DNA of 45,153 nucleotides from a virus (taxonomy: Duplodnaviria > Caudoviricetes): IMG/VR virus record IMGVR_UViG_3300032373_000030, positions 1-45,153 of that record; one strand, given 5' to 3'. Position numbers and translations under genes: made by a program. Within the stretch, counting starts at the first letter, position 1. Each line of letters begins with the position of its first letter. Under the pieces are notes generated by a model that saw only the letters and a program-made list of their open reading frames with translations, was not told the DNA's origin and searched no databases. Below, piece after piece: positions 8,925-17,304 of the stretch.

Positions 8925-10565
8925 ATGACCACCGCCGTCGTCGTCAGCATCCCGGCCCTGGACCTCGCCCGAGTCGAACTCCGCGAGCACGACGTGCTCC
9001 TGCTGGAGATCCTCGGTCCCGGCGCGGTGCTAGTGCGGCACGGACCCGAGGTGTATCTGGACTACACCGACCTCGACGCCATCGCCGCGTACCACGACAA
9101 GGGCCAGGGCGAGCCGCCTGTCGAGGTGCAGGTCCACGGCACGCTGGAGTGGGGCTCGACGCCGGAGGATCGCGGGTCGGCCCCGCTGCACATGCGCGCA
9201 GCGATGGGCTGCCGTGCGTACGCGCGGGTAGGCGCTGACTGGTGGGGCCTGCTGCCGCGCGAGGAGTGGGCCGACTTCGCCGACTTCGTGCTCGACGGGA
9301 TGACCATGGATGCGCTCGATGGCCGCTGGGGCCTGGGCGATCTCGATGAGGTCACGAGCCAGACGGCTGCGCTCGACGACGACCCGGACTCGACCGGCTC
9401 TCAGTGGGTCAGCGCGTACGGGTGCCCACAGGTGCTCGCGATGTGCCTGACCGGACGGATGAGCCTCCCGCAGCAGATGGCCGCGCACCAGGAGGCGCAG
9501 CGACGCGCCGGCCGGGCTGTGTTCTGGCGTGCTGGCGGGCGCCCGTTGCTGGGTCGCGAGACCGAGTACCTGATGCACCGGGGGTATCGGTCGTCGGGCG
9601 GCGGCTGGGAGAAGGGCGACACAGGTGACTCGCTCTACAATGGCAAGATCCCGCCCGGAGTCCCCGGCAAGATCGGCGCGACGCCGAGCCACCCGACCCA
9701 CGGCGAACTCGAGCTTGCCATCGGGCTGGCCGTGATGACGGGCTCGGTGCATCTGGCCGAGGCAGCGTGGGGCACCTGGCAGGTCTGGGTGCGGCTGGTG
9801 GTGGCGCACGACTTCATGTCGAGCCGCGCGCTGGGCCGCCTGCTGCGGACTGCGGCGCTGCTGTCGTTCGCTCCGGGCGTGGACCTGGAGACGCTGGCCG
9901 GCGACGTAGAGACGGTCCTGGCGTACCAGCAGGCGCGCGAGCACGGCGGTATGCCGTCGCCCGACTGGGAAGGCAACAGCAGCTACCACCTCAACCTGGC
10001 GCAGATCGACGAGCTGCTGGTGAAGCTGGGCATGAACCCGGACGACTACCCGGAGGACGTGCGGAAGTCGTGGGGCGACTCGGACTGCTGCTGGATGGTG
10101 GCGCAGCTGGGGCACGGGGTGCGGTCGGTCAAGCGGTCGCTGCTCAAGCCAAAGGTTGAGTGGCTGAACCTTGGCCGCCTCGACGCGCTTTCCGACCTCT
10201 GCGCGGCCTTCATCGGCGAACTCGCCACGACCGTCGCGCTCGACCAGGGCTCGGCGATGTTCACCCTGCCGCACGGCAACGGCACGTTCGAGGACGTGGC
10301 GACCAAGGGCCCGGTCCGCATCGGACGGGGAGGTGGAGGCCAGAACGACGCCCTGGGCGTGCTGGGGCGCTTCTGGGCGTCCGAGGTCTACGCCATGGCC
10401 GAGGACAGGCCTAAGCACCGGGAGCGGCTACACGCGCTGGCAGAGCCAGTCCTGGCGACGTGCGACGCCGAGCAGCGGTGGGGCTCGAGGCCCGAGTCGG
10501 ATCTGCTGCTGGCGGTGCTGGAGAGCCAGTGGCCGGTGGTCAGGGCGCGGGGGCTGCCGGGGTAG
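8925..10565 (+). CDS. Hypothetical 546-aa protein, last gene of the late arm
   Basis: Long ORF with phage-like codon usage. ATG at 8925 follows the previous stop. No family recognised. Confidence 0.7.
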   Translation: MTTAVVVSIPALDLARVELREHDVLLLEILGPGAVLVRHGPEVYLDYTDLDAIAAYHDKGQGEPPVEVQVHGTLEWGSTPEDRGSAPLHMRAAMGCRAYARVGADWWGLLPREEWADFADFVLDGMTMDALDGRWGLGDLDEVTSQTAALDDDPDSTGSQWVSAYGCPQVLAMCLTGRMSLPQQMAAHQEAQRRAGRAVFWRAGGRPLLGRETEYLMHRGYRSSGGGWEKGDTGDSLYNGKIPPGVPGKIGATPSHPTHGELELAIGLAVMTGSVHLAEAAWGTWQVWVRLVVAHDFMSSRALGRLLRTAALLSFAPGVDLETLAGDVETVLAYQQAREHGGMPSPDWEGNSSYHLNLAQIDELLVKLGMNPDDYPEDVRKSWGDSDCCWMVAQLGHGVRSVKRSLLKPKVEWLNLGRLDALSDLCAAFIGELATTVALDQGSAMFTLPHGNGTFEDVATKGPVRIGRGGGGQNDALGVLGRFWASEVYAMAEDRPKHRERLHALAEPVLATCDAEQRWGSRPESDLLLAVLESQWPVVRARGLPG

Positions 10566-11154
10566 CGGTCCGCGCCAGGTCGATGAGGAGGTCGCGGAAA
10601 GCTGTGGGGGTGGCCTTCGCCTCCCGTTTGCCCATGTGCGCTACGCAGTCGGCCGACGTGTACCACTTCGTCACGCTCGCGGTGTGCTCCGGCTCGCTCC
10701 AGTCGAGCGGCGGCGGCTCGGTCTCGCCCACGTAGTACAGCCACGTACGTTTGCGAGCGCGGTGCCCGTAGGCTACCTGGCTGACCTCTGTGGTCCACCC
10801 TGGATCGAACAACCCGCGCACCCACGCGCCACGCATAGGCGCTGGCAATCCGAAGATGCGCCACGCATCGCTGAGCGCCGGGTGCTCCAGGACGCCGCCA
10901 TGCTTGCGGACGGATGCCAGCGCTGCCGCGAAACAGCCCCCGTCCTCATGCCTCTTGATCCCGTAGCGGTGCTCCACGAGTCCCGCGAGTTGGCACCACC
11001 GAGCGCACGGAGGATGCGCGACCACAGGGTACGGTCCGGCGTACAGCCGTGCGTCGCGCGCCTCGTCCCACGGGTCGACATCCTCGAGCCCGTAGTAGCA
11101 GCCGTTGGTCTGGACGTAGAGCGCGGCGATCTTCACAGGCTGCACACGCGACAC
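10540..11154 (-). CDS. DNA cytosine-C5 methyltransferase-like protein (atypical, short)
   Basis: Has motif IV-like AHPPC, motif VI-like VLEHP and motif VIII-like QVAYGHRARKRTWL. The motif I position reads ALYVQTNG rather than LFxGxGG. The start may be GTG a few codons downstream. Confidence 0.65.
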   Translation of the reverse strand: MSRVQPVKIAALYVQTNGCYYGLEDVDPWDEARDARLYAGPYPVVAHPPCARWCQLAGLVEHRYGIKRHEDGGCFAAALASVRKHGGVLEHPALSDAWRIFGLPAPMRGAWVRGLFDPGWTTEVSQVAYGHRARKRTWLYYVGETEPPPLDWSEPEHTASVTKWYTSADCVAHMGKREAKATPTAFRDLLIDLARTATPAAPAP

Positions 11155-11876
11155 GGCTGGATGTCATCATCGTCAAAGAGCGAGCCCTGCCCTGGCTGCC
11201 TAGCTCCACGCGGTAGCCTCCCATTGGAGAACTCGGCATCTAACTCCGTGAGTGATGCCGGCCAAGTGTCGCGACCGGGGCTGCGGAATGTTGCGCCGAC
11301 CTCGCGCTCTTGCCGTGCAGCGTCTTGGAACTTGTCCGGGTGTTCTCGCCACAGGTCATGCCACTCGGACAGGCGCTGTCCGTAGCAGCGAGCGCAGTCC
11401 GTGCGGGCCGGGATGCTGACGCCCCGCTTGCGCAGGTACGCCCAGACCTCGCTGAGTCCCCAGCCCCATTCGCGCAGCGGGAAACGGCACTCGATGTCGT
11501 TGCTCAGAATGCCTCGGCGCTCCTCCTCGTCTGCGCGCAGGCCGACATAACTGATCGAGTCGGGGTGCTGCTTGAGCCAGGTGAGGTATGGCTCGATCTT
11601 GAGCAGGCGCGTACACCAACGCTGCCGCCAGTTGGGTAGCGCGCCGAAAAACTCGATCCACTCGTCAAGCGACTTGTTTGTCACGCGCACAATGGGTTTC
11701 CCGAGCAATTCCTCCAGGTGTTCCCAATGCGCAATCATCGAGGGCAGCTCGTCGCCGGTTGGCGTGCAGACGTAAACGTAGTCACGCGGCTCCACCTCGG
11801 CAAGCCGCAGTGCCATGGCCGTCGAGTCCTTGCCGCCCGACAAGGCGACGATGTGTTCGGTGCTGACGGCGGTCAT
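11133..11876 (-). CDS. PAPS-reductase-family (PP-loop) protein 1
   Basis: HIVALSGGKDSTAM PP-loop, RWCTRLLKIEP, VGLRADE, RFPL, DCARC and C-terminal CRVC. The true start is MTAVS at 11876 (ATGA-coupled); the track ORF is over-extended. Confidence 0.85.
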   Translation of the reverse strand: MTAVSTEHIVALSGGKDSTAMALRLAEVEPRDYVYVCTPTGDELPSMIAHWEHLEELLGKPIVRVTNKSLDEWIEFFGALPNWRQRWCTRLLKIEPYLTWLKQHPDSISYVGLRADEEERRGILSNDIECRFPLREWGWGLSEVWAYLRKRGVSIPARTDCARCYGQRLSEWHDLWREHPDKFQDAARQEREVGATFRSPGRDTWPASLTELDAEFSNGRLPRGARQPGQGSLFDDDDIQPCRVCSL

Positions 11877-11959
11877 TGCAGGATAGCCGCGCAGAACAGG
11901 CAGAGCGGCCCGGTGCGCGTGGTGGGGGTGCCGCAGGCGAGGCAGGGGTTGGTGGTCAC
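11873..11959 (-). CDS. 28-aa zinc-ribbon microprotein (MTTNPCLACGTPTTRTGPLCLFCAAILQ), below the ORF-track cutoff
   Basis: GTGA overlap with the upstream stop and ATGA overlap with the downstream start, filling the gap exactly. Two CxxC motifs. Confidence 0.7.
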   Translation of the reverse strand: MTTNPCLACGTPTTRTGPLCLFCAAILQ

Positions 11960-12796
11960 GGGTCCGCGCCGTCGTTGCACATGCAGTCACCCATCCCCAC
12001 TTCGGGGAACAAGCACATCTGCGCTTCGTCTGCCTTTGCGAGCGCATCCCAAGACCATGACCGGCCAAGGCCCTTCGCCATCGTGAGGTTGCCGGAATCG
12101 CGGGCGACCCGCTCCATCTGGACCGCTTGCTTGAATAGATCGGGCCGCTCGCGAGCCAGCGCCAGCACTTCGGACTTCTTGGCCGCCGGACAAAACCAGC
12201 ACGCGCTCTTGCGCGGCGGCGTGATGCCGACCGCCCGCACGATCTTCTCGCAGCCTTCGCGGTCGACATCCCACTCAACGAGCGGGCGACGGTAGACCCA
12301 GATGTCGTGCTCATAGTCGCACAGCGCCTGCGAGCGGTGTGCCTCGCCTGCATCAATGCCGAGCAGGCGGGTGACCTTCTGGCCTTTGGCCCATGCGTCA
12401 AGCGCAGGTTGCCATTGGCGGAGGTAGCGGTCCATCGGCTGGCGTTTCCACTTGGTAGAGCAGCCGCCCATGCCGAACGCCTTACTAGGAAGTGTGCGGT
12501 TGTTGAAGCACTCTTCCTCCAGCGAGCCGTGCGGGCCGTGCCCGCCTGGGCGCAGCGCATTGTGGACGACTGTTACGCCGATGTCGTGCCTGTCACGCAG
12601 CCAAGCATTGAACTCGCGGATGAATGCGTAGGTTTCATCATGCTCACCGCCTGTGTCCGCGAACACCACGAGATCGAGCGCGAGACCGCGCGACAGCCAC
12701 TCGATAGCCATGGCGGTCGAGTTGAGGCCGCCGCCAAGGTTCAGCACGACAGGCCCGCCGACGCGCGTGGTGGGGGTGCCGCAGGCGAGGCAGGGG
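11915..12796. repeat. 34-bp exact direct repeat (11915-11948 and 12763-12796) bracketing most of PP-loop gene 2
   Basis: Both copies read gcgcgtggtgggggtgccgcaggcgaggcagggg and encode PCLACGTPTTR on the - strand. Confidence 0.9.
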
Positions 12797-12849
12797 GCGA
12801 CGGCCGCGCCGAGGTCCGCGTCGCTGAGGCTGGCGGGGTCAGTCGGCAT
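11956..12849 (-). CDS. PAPS-reductase-family (PP-loop) protein 2
   Basis: VVLNLGGGLNSTAM variant PP-loop, VFADTGGE, GCSTKWK, LGIDAGE..R, RPL, RKSACWFCP and C-terminal CMC. Confidence 0.8.
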   Translation of the reverse strand: MPTDPASLSDADLGAAVAPCLACGTPTTRVGGPVVLNLGGGLNSTAMAIEWLSRGLALDLVVFADTGGEHDETYAFIREFNAWLRDRHDIGVTVVHNALRPGGHGPHGSLEEECFNNRTLPSKAFGMGGCSTKWKRQPMDRYLRQWQPALDAWAKGQKVTRLLGIDAGEAHRSQALCDYEHDIWVYRRPLVEWDVDREGCEKIVRAVGITPPRKSACWFCPAAKKSEVLALARERPDLFKQAVQMERVARDSGNLTMAKGLGRSWSWDALAKADEAQMCLFPEVGMGDCMCNDGADP

Positions 12850-12979
12850 TGCGGATGCCCTCCGTGCGCAGGCGATAGATGCGCTCGGCGGCTTCCTCGC
12901 GCTTGCGTAGTGAATAGGAATGGCCGAGGTAGGCCAGTGCGAGCACCACCACTAACCATGCAGGGATGGTAACGGTCAC
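12839..12979 (-). CDS. Small membrane protein
   Basis: GTG start after GGAGG; hydrophobic IPAWLVVVLALAYL. Confidence 0.55.
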   Translation of the reverse strand: MTVTIPAWLVVVLALAYLGHSYSLRKREEAAERIYRLRTEGIRNAD

Positions 12980-13266
12980 GTCGTCACCTCCGGCGGGTCG
13001 GGCAGGGTCATCGGGACGGGCCACCAGAGGTGCCACTCGGAGGCCGCATCCCAGGTGCCTTTCAACATGAGTCGACGGTGGTCTGGATCATCACAGCTCC
13101 AAACGAGTTCCTCGACGGTCACGTCGTAGTCAGCGCGCCACTGCCCGGGGTAGAAACCAGGCTCGGTCGGCGGCGTGGCGGTCCAGGTGGGGCGACGCTG
13201 GGCGATATCGGTAGCTGCTAGTGACTCGCGCACGATCTGCCTGTGGAGGTCATCCATGTCGCTCAT
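12976..13266 (-). CDS. Hypothetical protein (WT..PPTEPGFY type)
   Basis: ATGA-coupled, within the gap-free leftward gene run. Confidence 0.6.
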   Translation of the reverse strand: MSDMDDLHRQIVRESLAATDIAQRRPTWTATPPTEPGFYPGQWRADYDVTVEELVWSCDDPDHRRLMLKGTWDAASEWHLWWPVPMTLPDPPEVTT

Positions 13267-13541
13267 CGCACGTCTCTGTTCGGGTGGAACGCGGGGCAGT
13301 CCGGGGCGTGGGGGCCGGGGCGCGGGGCGTAGCAGTGTAGGCACGCTGGGATAGGATCTTGCCCGAGTCCGTCTGCGGCGTCGCCGCTCCACTCCGCCGC
13401 CTTCACCAGCCCCCGCAGGCGGGCGATCTCGTCGTCCTTGCGGTCCAGTTGGGTGATCGCCTGAATGCACAGTGTCCGTACGCTGGATCCAGCCGGGCGA
13501 TGGTCTGCCATGCTCTGTAGTTCGTCGCGGAACTTCCCCAT
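13263..13541 (-). CDS. Hypothetical protein with coiled coil and CxxC..HxxxC module
   Basis: EIARLRGL..CLHC..HAPDCPAF; GGAGG upstream; coupled to neighbours. Confidence 0.6.
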   Translation of the reverse strand: MGKFRDELQSMADHRPAGSSVRTLCIQAITQLDRKDDEIARLRGLVKAAEWSGDAADGLGQDPIPACLHCYAPRPGPHAPDCPAFHPNRDVR

Positions 13542-14233
13542 CACTCTGCCTCCGTGTCGCCCAGCACGCGGGCGCGGGCGGCGGGGAAGTGGGACAGGAC
13601 GATGCGGCGCAGGTCGGCCTGGATCATGTCGTCCGTGCATTCGCTCGTCCACGCCAGAACATCCGCCGCCAGGGCCTCGGTGGCCGCGCGGGCGGCGCGT
13701 GCGCGGTCGTTAGCCTCGGTGATCTTGTCGGTTGCGTCGTCGATGGCACGCGCCGCCTCGATGCCCGACTGCTGCGCCGTCCTCTTGTCCCGCTCGGCCT
13801 GCTCGGCGCGGGCGTGAGCCTCCTGCCGTTGCGCTTCGATCCGGTGGTTCGCCTCGGCGATCTCCTCGGCGGCGCGGCGGGCTTCGTCGCGGTCGCGCTC
13901 CATCGCGTGGTGGGCAGCAACCCATTGCTGGATCGACTGCACCAGCGCATCCCGTTCCGCGCGCTCGCGCTCCAGCGCGTCGAGGGCGCGGAGGGCGTAG
14001 GCGTACAGGTTGCCCAGGTGCCGCTCGGCGTAGGCGCGCTCGACAAGCGCCGCGATGTCCACCTCGTCGGCGGTGGTGGGGGGCCGCTCCACCGCCGCGC
14101 GCAGCTTGGCGAGGGCTGCGTCGGCCACGGGACTCGTCTTGCGTGGGATGTGCGGGTCGCCTGATGCCCACGTCTCGCCCATGTAGAGCACCGCCCGCGC
14201 CTCGTCGTCGTCCAGCGTGATCGTGATGGTCAT
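13541..14233 (-). CDS. Coiled-coil hypothetical protein
   Basis: MTITITLDDDEARAVL start after GGAGG; long Ala/Glu/Arg heptads. Confidence 0.65.
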   Translation of the reverse strand: MTITITLDDDEARAVLYMGETWASGDPHIPRKTSPVADAALAKLRAAVERPPTTADEVDIAALVERAYAERHLGNLYAYALRALDALERERAERDALVQSIQQWVAAHHAMERDRDEARRAAEEIAEANHRIEAQRQEAHARAEQAERDKRTAQQSGIEAARAIDDATDKITEANDRARAARAATEALAADVLAWTSECTDDMIQADLRRIVLSHFPAARARVLGDTEAE

Positions 14234-14234
14234 G

Positions 14235-14366
14235 TCAACCTCCCCACATCCGGAAACCCTTGAAAAACAAAACGAACAGCACACCCAGCGCCGCGAGCCC
14301 GAGTAGGACGAGGCCGGCCGCAATGCCGAACACCCACAGCAGCCACACGGGGATCGCGATGTTCAC
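14235..14366 (-). CDS. Small single-TM protein
   Basis: GTG start; long hydrophobic stretch IPVWLLWVFGIAAGLVLLGLAALGVLFVLFF. Confidence 0.6.
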   Translation of the reverse strand: MNIAIPVWLLWVFGIAAGLVLLGLAALGVLFVLFFKGFRMWGG

Positions 14367-14680
14367 TTCGTCGCCTCCAGGTGCGCGCGGATGCGAGCCA
14401 CGATGGCCCACACTGGATGTTCCGAGCCACAATAGAGAGCGCCAAGTAACGTGTCCCACTCCTCCCGCGTCAGCCCCGGCGCGTCGGCGTAGTTCGCGAG
14501 GAAGGACGCCTCGGCGATCAGCCATCGGTCGGTCGGGTCCTTCGGGTTGACCGCGATCATGTCGCCTGCGCGCGGGCTGCCGGCGTCACTGTCACACGCG
14601 GACACGCTGACGCCTGTCATGTCGTAGCCGGGGACCCACGGTTCCATCGGCTGCTCGGCGGTCTTGCGATACAGTTTCAT
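14363..14680 (-). CDS. Conserved phage hypothetical protein (YRKT..PM.PW.PG..GDMIA.NP..D.WL)
   Basis: GGAGG RBS; recognisable small phage protein pattern. Confidence 0.65.
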   Translation of the reverse strand: MKLYRKTAEQPMEPWVPGYDMTGVSVSACDSDAGSPRAGDMIAVNPKDPTDRWLIAEASFLANYADAPGLTREEWDTLLGALYCGSEHPVWAIVARIRAHLEATK

Positions 14681-15000
14681 GCTTCCTCCTTCGCCGCGAT
14701 CTGAACGCGCTCAACAGGTCGGACCACGCAATCGCGACTGCGTGGCACGCGCCCGTCCAGGTCATGCGCCAGCAACCAATGCTCAGTGCGACGGATTGCG
14801 GCGCGTGCTTCGGCGCGGCCCAAGAACACGGCCGCCCGCTCACCTGTGCGAGAGCACCACATCAGCACACCGCGCCGTGGAGTCTCCGGGTAGTTATCTT
14901 CCCGGTGAACCGTGGCGTAAAGGCAAAGCGGCTGCTCCCATTGATCGCAGACCTCGAAGACCATGTAGCCAAGCGTTTCTCGCTGCACCAACATCAGCAT
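14677..15000 (-). CDS. Hypothetical protein
   Basis: AAGGAGG RBS; coupled ORF. Confidence 0.55.
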   Translation of the reverse strand: MLMLVQRETLGYMVFEVCDQWEQPLCLYATVHREDNYPETPRRGVLMWCSRTGERAAVFLGRAEARAAIRRTEHWLLAHDLDGRVPRSRDCVVRPVERVQIAAKEEA

Positions 15001-15314
15001 TCCTCCTTCGCCGCGATCACCGCGCGGGCTAGAGCTTCGGTGAGCGTGTCGGCCTGGACGCTCTCTAGTGTGTTCCACTGGATTTGCAGACCGTCTACGC
15101 CATCCGGCAAATCGCGGATCGTCGGCGCAATCTCAAGGCCCCAATCACCAGACTTTGCCAGCAGCCACTCCAGCATCGCCCAGCAGAACGCCGGGTCGGC
15201 GAGGGAGGGGGGCTTGACGTACACCCCGTCGCGCCTCCAGTTCAGCGCATCGTGCGGCAGCCACCCCATCGCCAGCGCGGCCTGCTCGGCCAGGTCTCGG
15301 TCGTCAGTCATCAC
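14994..15314 (-). CDS. Phage ABA-sandwich / NinX-like small protein
   Basis: LAEQAALAMGW..P..DPAFCWAMLEWL..ADTLTEALARAVIAA pattern. Confidence 0.5.
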   Translation of the reverse strand: MMTDDRDLAEQAALAMGWLPHDALNWRRDGVYVKPPSLADPAFCWAMLEWLLAKSGDWGLEIAPTIRDLPDGVDGLQIQWNTLESVQADTLTEALARAVIAAKEEC

Positions 15315-15657
15315 TTCCTCCTTGCGTATCGAGCCACTGGCACACGCAGCGGATCAGCGCGTGGCGCGGGTCGCCGTCGTGGCAGATCGGCCAGCGCAAC
15401 TTGGTGATGCACACGTTGTCGCCGGTCACCTCGACCTGCAACCCCCGCCGCTTGCACTCGCCCCAGAGCGCGCCGAAGAAAGGCCACGTGGGGCCGGGGG
15501 CTGGGATGGTGCGCGGGGATGTCTTGTCGAATACGACCCGCTCGTCCCATGTCCATGTTTCGCTGGTCTTGGTTATCCGCACCTCTCCGGGGTCTGGCAC
15601 CCCCAGGAACTCCCGCGCGGCGCGCTCGGCGTCGGTCTGGATGTCGGTCAGTGGCAT
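15304..15657 (-). CDS. Hypothetical protein, possibly ABA-sandwich-like
   Basis: AAREFLG..DPRHALIRCV pattern; coupled ORF. Confidence 0.5.
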   Translation of the reverse strand: MPLTDIQTDAERAAREFLGVPDPGEVRITKTSETWTWDERVVFDKTSPRTIPAPGPTWPFFGALWGECKRRGLQVEVTGDNVCITKLRWPICHDGDPRHALIRCVCQWLDTQGGSDD

Positions 15658-15911
15658 TCGCTGAGCCCTCCGTTGTAGGCGTATGGGCCGTCGTTCCCAG
15701 GCGGGTCGTCAGATCCGTAGTGTTCGCCAGGCGAGCCGTGCCAAGACTCGGTATCACCACAGCAGTCACACACGGCCACGTCGTGATCTGTGTCGCTGTT
15801 CACCCACGCGAGCACTGCATCGTGACCGACCTCGAAAACGTCCATGTCGTCCGGCAGCTGCTCGGCGTTCAGGAAGCCGGAGCCTTCGCAGCGAGTGCAG
15901 GTCGTCGTCAT
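15648..15911 (-). CDS. Cys-rich zinc-finger protein (CTRCEGSG..CDCCG)
   Basis: ATGA-coupled start; DnaJ-like CxxCxGxG. Confidence 0.6.
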   Translation of the reverse strand: MTTTCTRCEGSGFLNAEQLPDDMDVFEVGHDAVLAWVNSDTDHDVAVCDCCGDTESWHGSPGEHYGSDDPPGNDGPYAYNGGLSECH

Positions 15912-16456
15912 GTCGTCACCCCGTAAGCCTCGGCGATCCGCACGAGCAGCGCGTGCTCGGCGTCGGTGATGCGGGTGATCCCGTATCCGCCGCTCGGCTG
16001 GTTCCACGCCACCAAGGTTGCGTCGTCATCGTCCATTAGGTCCAGCCAGCGGCCGTCCCCGCGCGTTACGCGCAGCGACGACTCGTCGCGCCAGCACTGG
16101 TCGCCGTCCTGGCCCGCGTTCTCGTCATGCTCCACCCGCCACCCGTTGTCGAGCGTGAGCGTGCCGTTCAGCGCGGGGGTGATCGCGGGCGGGTCCACGG
16201 GCTCGTACTCGGCATGAAAGTCGATCTGATCGACCCACTCGTAGTCGGGGAACTCGCTGCCATGCTTGTCTGGGATGCAGACATTCCAGCGCCCCAGCGC
16301 GTCCGGCGGGCCAACGCGGTCATTGGGCGTGCATGCACATCCTGGCCTGCCGTGCTCCTCCCCACGCCACTCGTGCCACGCCTCGCACGTCTCGGCGGTG
16401 TACTGGAGCGCCTCGACCTCGACCGGCCGGCGGCGGTAGCGTTGCGGGTTAGTCAT
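15908..16456 (-). CDS. Conserved phage hypothetical protein (RYRRRPVEVEA..F...YEPV type) with a C-terminal extension
   Basis: Widespread small phage protein N-terminal pattern. Confidence 0.65.
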   Translation of the reverse strand: MTNPQRYRRRPVEVEALQYTAETCEAWHEWRGEEHGRPGCACTPNDRVGPPDALGRWNVCIPDKHGSEFPDYEWVDQIDFHAEYEPVDPPAITPALNGTLTLDNGWRVEHDENAGQDGDQCWRDESSLRVTRGDGRWLDLMDDDDATLVAWNQPSGGYGITRITDAEHALLVRIAEAYGVTT

Positions 16457-16685
16457 CGTATTCGTCCACAGATGCTTCGGCGCAGTGACCGTAGAAAACG
16501 TTTCCGCGCACTACCTCGTGCATCAACTCCCACTCGTCACACTCCACTGGATCGTCGGTTTTGAGGTGAACAGCCCCTCCCGCGATCTCCATGGCATGGT
16601 CGATGAGCGCCTTATCGTCCATGTCGTCGGTGTCTTCGATGGTTACTGTGACGTAGCCGACGAATGGGATGGTCACGATCTTCAT
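16449..16685 (-). CDS. Acidic hypothetical protein
   Basis: MKIVTIPFVG start, ATGA-coupled, GGAGG upstream. Confidence 0.6.
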   Translation of the reverse strand: MKIVTIPFVGYVTVTIEDTDDMDDKALIDHAMEIAGGAVHLKTDDPVECDEWELMHEVVRGNVFYGHCAEASVDEYDD

Positions 16686-16876
16686 GCCGGCCCCTCCGTC
16701 GTCAGCGCCAAGCACATCATCGCGAAGATCACCAGCGCCAGGCCGAACAGCGCCCAGCGCACGAGAGCGCGCCCGATCCGGTCGTCGCGCACGTGGTAGG
16801 TCGAGCCGCACTCGGCGCACTGGAACTCGTCGCCGTCGCGGTGGAACGCGCCGCGCGTGTGGTTGCAGGCGGTCAT
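16682..16876 (-). CDS. Small zinc-ribbon plus TM protein
   Basis: CNH..CAECG followed by a hydrophobic C-terminus. Confidence 0.55.
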   Translation of the reverse strand: MTACNHTRGAFHRDGDEFQCAECGSTYHVRDDRIGRALVRWALFGLALVIFAMMCLALTTEGPA

Positions 16877-17055
16877 CAGTCGTCCCCCTTTGGCATGTGG
16901 CAGATCACGTGGTGTTGGAGCGCATCCGCGAACGCGCGCACGGCCTCCTTGGCAGCGTAGCGCGCGTCACCGCTGACAGACCCAGCCTTGATTTCGGCGG
17001 CGTACGCATCCGAGAAGACCTTGGCGAGCGCCTGTGCGTAGTGGTGCGTCTTCAT
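16876..17055 (-). CDS. 59-aa hypothetical protein (MKTHHYAQALAKVF...), not in the ORF track
   Basis: ATGA and TGATG coupling at both ends fills the gap. Confidence 0.6.
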   Translation of the reverse strand: MKTHHYAQALAKVFSDAYAAEIKAGSVSGDARYAAKEAVRAFADALQHHVICHMPKGDD

Positions 17056-17288
17056 CGCGCCACCTCAGCCGACAGCATGGTCAGCGCGTAGTCCAGCCCT
17101 GCGATCTCGGAGCGGATCCGCAACTCGGCCATCGTCGCGGCATGCGCGCGCCGGAGCCCAACTTCACGCGCTTTGGCGTCGATGGCCTCGTTGGCTCGCG
17201 CGGTGTACAGCTGCGCGTCGACCTCGTACTTGCGCGCATTATCTTCAAGCGCCGCAACACGAATAATGATCCTCGTAACAGCGTCCAT
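17052..17288 (-). CDS. Helical hypothetical protein
   Basis: GGAGG RBS directly upstream of GTG/ATG. Confidence 0.6.
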   Translation of the reverse strand: MDAVTRIIIRVAALEDNARKYEVDAQLYTARANEAIDAKAREVGLRRAHAATMAELRIRSEIAGLDYALTMLSAEVAR

Positions 17289-17304
17289 CACTACCTCCCG
17301 TGGG

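Noticed and set aside
6108-10565. Diversity-generating retroelement, as in BPP-1
   Set aside because: I found no reverse transcriptase motifs, no Avd-like gene and no template/variable repeat pair differing at adenines.
11133-12560. 475-aa ORF as a single fused protein
   Set aside because: Its N-terminal half is an alternative frame over PP-loop gene 2 and the microgene. The coupled ATG at 11876 gives the real start.
11133-12849. Canonical Dnd/Ssp phosphorothioation or sulfate-assimilation (cysH) genes
   Set aside because: No DndA/B/D/E, SspB/C/E or other cys genes are present. Only family-level PP-loop similarity is supported.
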